Below, piece after piece: positions 30,501 through 38,446 of a stretch of 64,000 nucleotides of DNA. Under the pieces are notes generated by a model. It had not been told where the DNA came from, made no database searches, and saw only the letters and a program-made list of their open reading frames with translations. The DNA is from Vulcanimicrobiota bacterium. GTDB taxonomy: Bacteria > Vulcanimicrobiota > Vulcanimicrobiia > Vulcanimicrobiales > Vulcanimicrobiaceae. The stretch is taken from contig DAHUYK010000128.1 in the NCBI GenBank assembly GCA_027315245.1, positions 6,648 to 70,647 of the forward strand. The letters are read 5' to 3'. Made by a program: the position numbers and the translations under genes. Within the stretch, counting starts at the first letter, position 1. Each line of letters starts with the position of its first letter.

Positions 30501-31963
30501 CGATCGCGTTTCGCGAGCGCTTCGCGCGCGACGCTCGCATCGTCGAAGTCTCGCCGGCTGCTTCCCAAGATCTGGTACCTCTCATGTCCTTTTCCCGCCA
30601 CGAGTACGACGTCGCCTGGTGACGCATCGGCGATTGCACGCTCGATTGCTGCGCGACGATCCAGCTCGAGCACGTGCGGGTACGTGCCCATACCGGCAAC
30701 GATCTCCATGGCGATGGCAAGCGGATCTTCGTAGCGCGGATTGTCGTTCGTCAGGTAGACGCGATCCGCAAGGCGTGCTGCGATCGCGCCCATCTCCGGG
30801 CGCTTTCCGCGATCGCGGTCGCCGCCACAGCCGAAGACGACCACCAGACGGGCGCGCGTCACCTCGCGCAGCGCCCGCAGCGCCTGTTCGAGCGCGTCGG
30901 GCGTGTGAGCATAGTCGATGATGACGTCGATGTCTGAAGCTGCGATGCGTTCCATGCGTCCGGGTACGGGTGCGAGGTGGGAAAGCGCAACCGCACTGCG
31001 CTCGTCACCGACGCCCAACACTCTCGCGACGCCGATGGCTGCGAGCGCGTTGTTCACGTTGAAGCGCGCGGGCAACGCAAGCGCGAACTGTTTGCCGTCG
31101 ACCGCGAACGCACTGCCCTCCGCATCGACACGGACTCCCGTCGCTATGAGATCGGCCGGCGCGTCGAGCGCGTAGGTAAGCACCGGCACGATGCCGCGTA
31201 GCTCCTCGCTCCAGAGTCGTCCGTGAGCGTCGTCCACGTTGAGCACGGCTGCGGCGGTCATGGAGAAGAGCCGCCGCTTTGCGGCGGCGTAGGCCTCGGG
31301 CGTTCCGTGGAAGTCGAGATGGTCCCGCGTGACGTTCGTCAGTGCCGCGCACGCGAAGCGCACGTCCTCGACGCGTTCGAGCGCGAGCGCGTGCGAGCTG
31401 ACCTCCATGGCGACGACCGCAGCCCCTGCATCGCGCATCTGTGCGAGGATCGCATGGAGCTCGTGCGGGAGCGGCGTCGTGTGCGCGAGATGCCAGCGGC
31501 GTTCCCCAAAAGACGCGCCGACCGTTCCAATGATGCCGCACGGCAACCCAGCCGCCGCACAGACGGCGGCGATCATCCGCGTCGTGGTCGTCTTGCCGTT
31601 CGTTCCCGTGACGCCAACGACGCGCACGACCGACGACGGGTCGCCGTAGAGCGCCGCTGCAATCGCGGAGAGCGCCCGGCGCGGACGCTCGACTTCGACG
31701 ATCGTCGCGCCTGCGGGGCGGGCGCGTAACGCGCCGCTCTCGACGATGGCCGCGGATGCACCGCCAGCGATCGCACGATCGACGAAGTCATGGCCGTCGG
31801 CCTGCTCGCCGCGCAACGCGACGAAGAGCGATCCGCGGCGTGCCTCTCGCGAATCGATGACGATCTCTGCGACGCGGACGTTCGCATCGCCGGCAATATC
31901 GTAGTGCCCGGGTATGCGGCGCAGCAGCGTCGCGAGCGCGACGCCCTCGCCGAGTGGGTTCAT
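30497..31963 (-). CDS. murE: UDP-N-acetylmuramoyl-L-alanyl-D-glutamate--2,6-diaminopimelate ligase
   Basis: 488 aa. P-loop GVTGTNGKTTTT; the DNPR motif (LTNDNPRYEDP) is typical of DAP-adding MurE. Confidence 0.92.
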   Translation of the reverse strand: MNPLGEGVALATLLRRIPGHYDIAGDANVRVAEIVIDSREARRGSLFVALRGEQADGHDFVDRAIAGGASAAIVESGALRARPAGATIVEVERPRRALSAIAAALYGDPSSVVRVVGVTGTNGKTTTTRMIAAVCAAAGLPCGIIGTVGASFGERRWHLAHTTPLPHELHAILAQMRDAGAAVVAMEVSSHALALERVEDVRFACAALTNVTRDHLDFHGTPEAYAAAKRRLFSMTAAAVLNVDDAHGRLWSEELRGIVPVLTYALDAPADLIATGVRVDAEGSAFAVDGKQFALALPARFNVNNALAAIGVARVLGVGDERSAVALSHLAPVPGRMERIAASDIDVIIDYAHTPDALEQALRALREVTRARLVVVFGCGGDRDRGKRPEMGAIAARLADRVYLTNDNPRYEDPLAIAMEIVAGMGTYPHVLELDRRAAIERAIADASPGDVVLVAGKGHERYQILGSSRRDFDDASVAREALAKRDR

Positions 31964-33699
31964 CGCCGAGCCGAAAGCACCGGCGCCGGAGGAATCCCGT
32001 CGCGCAGCATCGCCGCGCGCGCGATGCGGACGAAGACGGGCGCGGCGACGACGCTGCCGTAGTAGGACCCCTGCGGGCGATCGATCTTCACGAGGATGAC
32101 ATAGCGCGGATGGTCATATGGGATCATGCCGATGAACGACGCGATGTACGCGCCCGGTTCGTAGCGGCCGCTCTCTTCGATCTGCGCCGTGCCGGTCTTG
32201 CCGGCGGTCGCATACCCGGGAATCTGCGCCGACGGATCACCAGTGCCGTGCAACACCACTTGGCGCAGGAATTCGCGCAGTTCGGCGGCCACCTTCGGCG
32301 AAAAGACGCGCCGCACGACCTGCGGACCGAAACGCCGCACCACCGTGCCCGCTCCGTCGACGTACGCCCGCACCAAGATCGGCTTCATGAGCAGCCCGCC
32401 GTTGGCAATCGCGCAATAATAACGCGCGAGTGCGAGCGGCGTCACCGCCACGCCCTGCCCAAACGACATCGTCGCCAGCGACGGAGCGCTGAACTGCGAC
32501 GGCGGCGGCACGATGCCGGGGTTCTCGCCCGCCAGGCCGATGCCGGTCGGCGCACCGAAGCCCGCGGCACGCTCCATGGCGTAGAACGTCTGTGCACCGA
32601 TGTGCATGCCGACTTCCGCCGCGCCGACGTTGTGCGAGTACTCCACGATCTGCTCGAGCGTCTCGCTGCTGCCGGTATTGGGCATGAAGCCGTCCTCGGC
32701 GTTGTGGATCGTCCAGCCTCCGATCTTGATCTCGTCACGCGCCGGGAATCGCGAGCGCAACGTTACCTTGCCCGAGCTTAAAGCCGCCGCCGCCATGACG
32801 AGCTTGTACGTCGAACCGGGCTCGTACGCGTCCATCACCGCGCGATCGCGCATGTCTCGCTGCGGATACCGCTGCCAATGATTGGGATCGAAGTCCGGCA
32901 CGTTCGCCATGGCGAGCACTTCGCCGGAGTTCGGGTTCATGACGACGACGCTGCCGTCCGCGGCGTGAAAACGCGCAACTTGCTGTGCGAGCGCCTGCTG
33001 CGCAACGAACTGCAAGTACGAATCGAGCGCAAGCTCGACGGAGAGCCCGTCCTTCGGCGGCTTGACGACATCCTCACGCGCGAGTGGAATCGGGCGCCCC
33101 AGATCGTCTTCCTGCACGAGCACCTTGCCGAAGAGACCGCGGAGCACGTCGTCGTACGATGCTTCGATGCCCGCAAGGCCCTCTTCGTCGATGCCGACGA
33201 AGCCGATGACGGTCGATGCGAGCGTACCCACGGTATCGACGCGCCGCCCGGTGACCTCTTGCTCGACGCCGACGCCGGGAAGACCGAGTGCCGTCACGCG
33301 CTGTGCCTCCTCGTGCGGCACCTTGCGGGCGATATAGACGAACTGCGCGGCGGGATCGTGCAACAGGTCCAGCGTCTGCGGTGCAAGGGGGCCGACGATC
33401 GCGCGCAGGCGCGCCGCGGTTTCCCGAACATTCGACACCTCATGCGGGTCCACGTAGATCGATTCGGACGGAAGCGAGCGCACGAGCTCGGCACCGTCAC
33501 GGTCCAGAATCGATCCCCGATGGCCTGCGATCGTGATCAGACGCGTGCGTTGGTCGAGCGCAGCGCGCGCGTAGACGGGGCCGTGAAGGACCTGCACGTC
33601 GTAGAGACGCCACACGAGATAGAGCGCAACGAGAAAGCAGCCGTAGAAGAGTAGCTTGGCACGTAATGGCGCAACACGGGAAAACGCACGCCTGTGCAC
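31960..33699 (-). CDS. ftsI: Division-specific class B penicillin-binding protein (transpeptidase, FtsI/PBP3-like)
   Basis: 579 aa. N-terminal TM anchor, SxxK (GSTYKL), SxN (YSHN), KTGT motifs. dcw position after ftsL. Confidence 0.9.
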   Translation of the reverse strand: MHRRAFSRVAPLRAKLLFYGCFLVALYLVWRLYDVQVLHGPVYARAALDQRTRLITIAGHRGSILDRDGAELVRSLPSESIYVDPHEVSNVRETAARLRAIVGPLAPQTLDLLHDPAAQFVYIARKVPHEEAQRVTALGLPGVGVEQEVTGRRVDTVGTLASTVIGFVGIDEEGLAGIEASYDDVLRGLFGKVLVQEDDLGRPIPLAREDVVKPPKDGLSVELALDSYLQFVAQQALAQQVARFHAADGSVVVMNPNSGEVLAMANVPDFDPNHWQRYPQRDMRDRAVMDAYEPGSTYKLVMAAAALSSGKVTLRSRFPARDEIKIGGWTIHNAEDGFMPNTGSSETLEQIVEYSHNVGAAEVGMHIGAQTFYAMERAAGFGAPTGIGLAGENPGIVPPPSQFSAPSLATMSFGQGVAVTPLALARYYCAIANGGLLMKPILVRAYVDGAGTVVRRFGPQVVRRVFSPKVAAELREFLRQVVLHGTGDPSAQIPGYATAGKTGTAQIEESGRYEPGAYIASFIGMIPYDHPRYVILVKIDRPQGSYYGSVVAAPVFVRIARAAMLRDGIPPAPVLSARR

Positions 33700-33711
33700 T
33701 GGGCCCGCCTG

Positions 33712-34119
33712 CTACCGGGAGAGAAAGGCGAGCGGGCGCCCCTGCACCGCGGGTTTCGGAACGAGACTGATGCGCAGGAACTGCGTCGGCTGCACCATGT
33801 GAAGCCGTGCGGCAACCGCTGCCAGGCGGTCGTCGGCGGTCAACGACGCAATCTCGTCTTCGTCACGCGCCACCTGCGCGCGCACCGCCGAACGTTCCGC
33901 GTGCACGCGATCGACGGCGTACGATAGCGACGTGATATTCGCGATGAGCAGGACGTACAAGAGCAGCACCGCCAAACCGACCGCGGTACATATCGTGATG
34001 CGCGTGACCGTCGAGTAGCGGCTGCGTGCGTTACCCGCCATCCGCCGCTGCGTAGCCGTACGGGCGGTGCGCGGATTGCGAATTCGAGGCGTCGCCGCCT
34101 CCAAGCGCAGTGCCGTCAT
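33712..34119 (-). CDS. ftsL: FtsL-like small bitopic cell-division protein
   Basis: 135 aa. Basic N-terminus, single TM helix (ICTAVGLAVLLLYVLLIANI), then a short coiled-coil-like segment. ATGA overlap with the rsmH stop. The true start may be an internal ATG (MAGNARS). Confidence 0.7.
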   Translation of the reverse strand: MTALRLEAATPRIRNPRTARTATQRRMAGNARSRYSTVTRITICTAVGLAVLLLYVLLIANITSLSYAVDRVHAERSAVRAQVARDEDEIASLTADDRLAAVAARLHMVQPTQFLRISLVPKPAVQGRPLAFLSR

Positions 34120-34994
34120 GACGCCCTGCGCTCCCCTGCGCGAAGCTTCGCGCTCCGCGCGCGCGGGTTTTCACTGCGCTCGCGTACGCTCGGGGTGAGA
34201 GGCCGCTTCGTGAGCACGTCGACGCGCTCGTCGTCGCGCAGCGCGTGCTTCACGATACGATCTTCGAGGGAGTGAAACGAGATCGCCACGACGCGGCCGC
34301 CGTCTCGCAGCGAGCCGATGGCCGCAGAGAGACCGGCCTGCAAAGCATCGAGCTCGTCGTTCACGGCAATGCGCAGCGCTTGAAAGATGCGCGTCGCCGG
34401 ATGGATACGCTCGCGCCTGCCCGGCTGGTGCACGACACCGGCGACGAGCTGCGCGAAATCCGAGGTCGTCTTCGGCAGCGTGCCGTGACGCCGCCGCGTG
34501 ACGATGGCGCGCGCGACGCGCCGCGCCGAGCGCTCCTCGCCGAAGGAGAAGAAGATGTCCGCAAGCTCCTTCTCGCTTGCGCTCGCGAGCACGTCGTATG
34601 CGCTTCTGCCCTCGTACTGGTTCATGCGCATGTCGAGCGGGGCGGTCTTCGTCATCGAAAAGCCGCGCTTCGGGTCGTCAAACTGCATCGATGAAACTCC
34701 CAAGTCGAAGAGCACACCGTCCACCCGGTCGACGCCGTAATGCGCCAGTATGGAGGTGAGATCGCGAAAGTTTGCGTGCGTGAAGATGAGTGCCGGATCT
34801 GTGAGCGCACGTGCCCGATCAGCGGCGTGCGCGTCGGCGTCGATCGCGAACACTCTGCCGCCGCGCAGCTGCGCGAGGATCGCTGCACTGTGTCCTCCGC
34901 CGCCGAAGGTGGCGTCGACGTAGATGCCGTCGGGCCGAATCGCGAGATACTCGAGCGCCGCGGCGGTGAGGACTGGTGTGTGCATGGCGTCCAC
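34116..34994 (-). CDS. rsmH: 16S rRNA (cytosine1402-N4)-methyltransferase
   Basis: 292 aa. HTPVL and DATFGGGGHS SAM-binding motifs. Confidence 0.95.
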   Translation of the reverse strand: MDAMHTPVLTAAALEYLAIRPDGIYVDATFGGGGHSAAILAQLRGGRVFAIDADAHAADRARALTDPALIFTHANFRDLTSILAHYGVDRVDGVLFDLGVSSMQFDDPKRGFSMTKTAPLDMRMNQYEGRSAYDVLASASEKELADIFFSFGEERSARRVARAIVTRRRHGTLPKTTSDFAQLVAGVVHQPGRRERIHPATRIFQALRIAVNDELDALQAGLSAAIGSLRDGGRVVAISFHSLEDRIVKHALRDDERVDVLTKRPLTPSVRERSENPRARSAKLRAGERRAS

Positions 34995-35009
34995 TGCATC
35001 TATGGAAGC

Positions 35010-35447
35010 CTAGGAGAGTCCCAGTTCGCCGAAGAGATCGATCTCGCCATCCGGCTCCGCGTGGCGTCCGAACCGCTCCTTGGCCCAAATTTCCACGCGC
35101 GTGAGCGCGCCGACCGAGATGACGTCGCGGTCGATTCCAGCGTAGCTGCGCAGCGCCGCAGGTATCACGATCCGCCCCTGGGCGTCGCAGCCGACGTCTT
35201 CGGTGTGAGCGAAGATCGAGCGCAGCATTCGCCTGAACGCGTCGTCTTTGCGCGGCGCAGCCTCGAGCCGCGTGCAGAACTCCGCCCAAACACCGCTGGG
35301 ATAGAGCGCGAGGCATGGGTCGGGGCGCGCGATCGTGAGGACGAACCCCGCCCCCAAGCGTTCCCGGAACCGCGCGGGCACGACAAGCCGGCTCTTCTCA
35401 TCGAGAGCATGCTCCACCAGGCCCGACAGGCGAGGTGATTCCGGCAA
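35010..35447 (-). CDS. mraZ: Transcriptional regulator MraZ
   Basis: Two DxxxR repeats (DEKSRLVVPARFRE; DAQGRIVIPAALR). The preferred start is the TTG at 35447, 4 nt after GGGAGGA. The longest ORF starts at the GTG at 35468, which itself lies inside the putative operator. Confidence 0.9.
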   Translation of the reverse strand: MPESPRLSGLVEHALDEKSRLVVPARFRERLGAGFVLTIARPDPCLALYPSGVWAEFCTRLEAAPRKDDAFRRMLRSIFAHTEDVGCDAQGRIVIPAALRSYAGIDRDVISVGALTRVEIWAKERFGRHAEPDGEIDLFGELGLS

Positions 35448-35464
35448 AAATCCTCCCTTTGGCT

Positions 35465-35491
35465 CCACAAGATGCCACTTGTAACCACCAC
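35465..35491 (-). promoter_or_regulatory. Putative MraZ operator: GTGG boxes at 10-bp phasing
   Basis: Minus strand reads GTGGTTACAA GTGGCATCTT GTGGAGCC (plus-strand CCAC at 35465, 35475, 35485, plus an extra one at 35488). The boxes lie between the -10 box and the SD of mraZ. Confidence 0.6.
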
Positions 35492-35518
35492 TATACGCAG
35501 GCGCATTCGTGATAGCAA
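35490..35518 (-). promoter_or_regulatory. Putative sigma-70 promoter of the mraZ/dcw operon
   Basis: Minus strand TTGCTA (35518-35513), exactly 17 nt, then TATAGT (35495-35490). An A/T tract (CACTTTTAAAAATC, about 35530-35543) lies in UP-element position. Confidence 0.65.
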
Positions 35519-35547
35519 GGCCGCGCGTGATTTTTAAAAGTGGATGC

Positions 35548-35567
35548 TACCGAACGCACGTTCGGTA
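35548..35567. other. 20-nt near-perfect palindrome between the NHL gene and the mraZ promoter (terminator or operator candidate)
   Basis: TACCGAACG-CA-CGTTCGGTA. On the minus strand a TTTT run follows 8 nt later, so it is not a textbook terminator. Confidence 0.4.
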
Positions 35568-35679
35568 TACCAGGCGGTGGAGGGAGTATCTGATTGGCCG
35601 GGGCACCGCGAGGGGCGGCGCTGTTACTAATGTGCGGGTGGCCTATCAACTTGGTGAGACGCCGTTGACGCTCCGCCCG

Positions 35680-36642
35680 CTATTCGAAGCTTGTAATGCG
35701 CCTCACGGTATTTCCACCCGCGTCCGTGACGAAGAGTGCGTGCATGCTGCTGTCGTAAGCGATCCCTGTGGGTCCGTTGAACTCCGCTGACGAAGCTCCG
35801 CCGTCAACCTCTCCCGCCGACCCGTTTCCGGCCACAACGTGAACTTGAGCATTCGATATGCTCAAGATCTGATTCGTTGACGGATTCGCGACATAAAAGT
35901 CGCCGTTCGCGCCATCATAGGCTATTCCGACGGCTCCTTGGAGGAGCGTTGAATCCGCGACACGCGCAACACCCGAGGACGTGATCTCGCCCAGCTCGCC
36001 CGCCGCCTGGTTGATGACATAGACTCCGTTATCGTTAGGATCGAAGCAGCTACCGTCTACTCCGGGCGACGCGCCAAGCTTGGTGACGCTCATCGAGGGC
36101 GTAACTGTCACGACGTTCCCCGCCCTATTTTCAGTGACATAGAGATTGCCGGTAGAATCGGCCGACATTTCTCCGAGTATTTCAGGCGGAGGTAACGGCG
36201 ACGTTGACACGGTTGCAAAATGCGATACAACGCCGGCAGTGGTCACTCGCGCGATCGCCGACGTGGCGGATTCGCTTACGTACAGGTTTGCGTCAAGAGG
36301 GTTGTACGCTAATCCAGCCGGCGATGAGATGCCGTGCGTCAGCGTGCTCACTGTTCCGGTAACGGTCAATGCTCGCACAGCGGGCGTCTGGGGCTCCAGT
36401 ACGTACAGAACACCTGTGCTCGTATCGAAAGCAATGTCTGTGGGAGCGTTAAAGCTCGCCCCGGTGCCGGAGCCGTCGACGCTTGCCGCGGTGCCGCTAC
36501 CGGCAACCGTGAACACGACTGCCGTTGGGCTCGTTCCGGGCGTGTGCGATCCCACTGGAGCGCCGGCACCTGCACATCCAGCGAGGAAAAGCTCTACGAC
36601 GACAATGGCAGCCACTGCAGTTGTCCACCTGGACTTGCCCAT
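35680..36642 (-). CDS. NHL-repeat beta-propeller lipoprotein
   Basis: ATG at 36642 gives the lipobox MGKSRWTTAVAAIVVVELFLAGC. Repeated NHL-like units (GPTGIAYDSSMHALFVTDAGGNTVRRI; SPAGLAYNPLDANLYVSE; FNAPTDIAFDTSTGVLYVLE). Confidence 0.8.
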   Translation of the reverse strand: MGKSRWTTAVAAIVVVELFLAGCAGAGAPVGSHTPGTSPTAVVFTVAGSGTAASVDGSGTGASFNAPTDIAFDTSTGVLYVLEPQTPAVRALTVTGTVSTLTHGISSPAGLAYNPLDANLYVSESATSAIARVTTAGVVSHFATVSTSPLPPPEILGEMSADSTGNLYVTENRAGNVVTVTPSMSVTKLGASPGVDGSCFDPNDNGVYVINQAAGELGEITSSGVARVADSTLLQGAVGIAYDGANGDFYVANPSTNQILSISNAQVHVVAGNGSAGEVDGGASSAEFNGPTGIAYDSSMHALFVTDAGGNTVRRITSFE

Positions 36643-36665
36643 AGGCACGGGTTCGCTCAAGTGAT

Positions 36666-37583
36666 TTATTGCGGACAGAAGGAGTGCATCGCAGCGAGAA
36701 CGCCCTGGTCCGGGCTTCCGTTGCGAGTCGTGTACGCGATCGAATAAGAGGATGTCGCGCCTTGCACGACGAGCGTGTCCGTCAGCACGTGCATCGTTCC
36801 AATATGCACGGTGGTCGTCGCCTCCAACGCTTGCGCTCCGCAGGTTTGCTTGACGAGATTCCTCGACGCGCGCAAAGACGTGCTGCCCACGTGTGATGTT
36901 ACGGTGCGCCGCGACGATCCGGCGAGCGCCCACGCGGCCTCGAGGCTCGGCATCACCGGACCCTGCGACTCAATGAGCATCTCGCCCATTGCCGGCCCAT
37001 ACCATTCTGCGACCGGATGCATCATTGGCTTTATACGCCACCCGGCCGGCGGAGAGAGCGTTGTGATGTCGGCCGACGCCGCCGGACAGAACGCGTGCAG
37101 GAAATGCGACTCGGTCTCCGTTGCCGCGTACGAGTAGATGATGGCGAGCCCGGATCCTTCGAGGATAAACTCCTGCGTTCCACCGCTGCGGGAGTGTGTC
37201 GTCATGACGTATGCCGGGGATCCGCAGAGTGCTACCGTCGTACTCGCAAAATGGGAGATCGCGGGTGCGTGCGTTCCTAAGATCTCCTTCAACATCTTAG
37301 GAAACATCGCGCTGAGGGCGCGGTTCGTGGCTGGCATGGAGAAAGCTGTCATGATAGCTGACGGCATGCGCACGATCGTGATGAAATCGCGGCCGCTGGG
37401 GGCTTGCCACGCCACCGGTTTCATAAGGAAATACGGCGGTGCCTGCGTCCATCCGGCGGGTGGGGTGAAGGCTTGCGTCGACGACGCTGAGGGCATCGCC
37501 GCCGGTGTTGACGATGGCGGTGCGGTCGGCACGGCGGCCAAGAACGCTGCGAGGCAAAGCGCAACAATGGCGAGACTCCGCAT
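36666..37583 (-). CDS. Hypothetical secreted protein with an internally duplicated domain
   Basis: Signal peptide MRSLAIVALCLAAFLAAVPTA. Two halves each begin PPAGW, contain xCG[SA]xAxxxTT and end [AS]FCP. No family recognised with certainty (PsbP/DcrB-like fold is a guess). Confidence 0.65.
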   Translation of the reverse strand: MRSLAIVALCLAAFLAAVPTAPPSSTPAAMPSASSTQAFTPPAGWTQAPPYFLMKPVAWQAPSGRDFITIVRMPSAIMTAFSMPATNRALSAMFPKMLKEILGTHAPAISHFASTTVALCGSPAYVMTTHSRSGGTQEFILEGSGLAIIYSYAATETESHFLHAFCPAASADITTLSPPAGWRIKPMMHPVAEWYGPAMGEMLIESQGPVMPSLEAAWALAGSSRRTVTSHVGSTSLRASRNLVKQTCGAQALEATTTVHIGTMHVLTDTLVVQGATSSYSIAYTTRNGSPDQGVLAAMHSFCPQ

Positions 37584-37637
37584 GCCCGTCACTTCTAGAG
37601 CATGCACGCTACACGCCTGTCGAGCTAAGGTTTCTCA

Positions 37638-37655
37638 GAAGAGAGGCCTCTCTTC
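37638..37655. other. Perfect 18-bp palindrome between two minus-strand genes
   Basis: GAAGAGAGGCCTCTCTTC equals its own reverse complement. It lies 39 nt downstream of the 37694 stop. No U-run follows on either strand. Confidence 0.4.
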
Positions 37656-37693
37656 GTTCATAACCCGCGACGTCGTCGCAGATCCACAGCAAC

Positions 37694-38080
37694 CTACGGT
37701 ACCATGGCGTTAATTGACGCCCCAGGCCCGAACCCGCGTACCGTAATGGCACAAGTACCTGAGCTGGAAGACGTCACATGTACCGTTCCTGATGGGGCGG
37801 GGGCGGTGGATGACGAGAGTGTCACGCAACTTCCCGCCGATATGCTATAGGTACCGGTTCCTGAGGTGCCGCCGATGGCCCTTATCGAAAGCGTCGCCGT
37901 CTGCCCGGTGCTCTGGAACGTGATAGGGCCTGTCGACGAGCCCGACGTCCAGGTCGACGTCCACGAAAGCGTGATCACCAAAGGAGGACCGGAAATTGCC
38001 TTCGGGGTCGCGCATGCGTACAGCGACGTCAACGGTAATGCGATCCCAGCGTATAGGATAGCAAGGCGCACGATGCTCAC
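37694..38080 (-). CDS. Small Ser/Thr/Gly-rich lipoprotein (hypothetical)
   Basis: 128 aa. Lipobox-like LPLTSLYAC, then a beta-rich S/T/G sequence. The start overlaps the stop of the upstream peptidase remnant (ATGA). Confidence 0.55.
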   Translation of the reverse strand: MSIVRLAILYAGIALPLTSLYACATPKAISGPPLVITLSWTSTWTSGSSTGPITFQSTGQTATLSIRAIGGTSGTGTYSISAGSCVTLSSSTAPAPSGTVHVTSSSSGTCAITVRGFGPGASINAMVP

Positions 38081-38300
38081 TCCGTCGAGCTTAAAGCCCA
38101 GCCGTCGACTGAGCCGATTCCGGACGCACAGTCATAGCCGGCTACAGCCGGGTATCCCGTATTCCCTTGTGTGATACCGTGAAACACGAGCGGCTGGCCG
38201 CTCGCTATACTAAAAGCAGGCGGCCTCGTTGGTCTGCTCGCTTGCAGTGTCGAGCGCGTGCTGCGCTGCATCCAATAAAGGCCGAGCCGCCTCTCCGATC
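38077..38300 (-). pseudogene. Remnant of the C-terminus of an S53 (sedolisin/kumamolisin-type) serine peptidase
   Basis: The last ~45 codons (PLVFHGITQGNTGYPAVAGYDCASGIGSVDGWAL) follow the S53 C-terminal pattern FHDIT.G.N...Y.A..GWD..TGLGSP....L. Upstream ORF sequence is not peptidase-like, and only weak traces (RGGSA) appear in another frame. There is no room for a full ~400-600 aa enzyme before the divergent SLT gene at 38447. Confidence 0.45.
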
Positions 38301-38446
38301 GTCCTTCCAACATAGTAGGGGCTTCTTTCGTACAGAGCGAGCGATCTGGAGCTTGCCTAGTAGCATCTCTTTTTTGGAAGTCACAGCAGCGAACAGCCGT
38401 TCGGGTATGGGGCAAAGGCTGCTCCTGCGGGAAAAACGAAGGGAGG

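Noticed and set aside
35509-35790. 93-aa plus-strand ORF in the mraZ upstream region
   Set aside because: It spans the dcw promoter/operator region and runs antisense into the NHL gene. No SD or motif is present.
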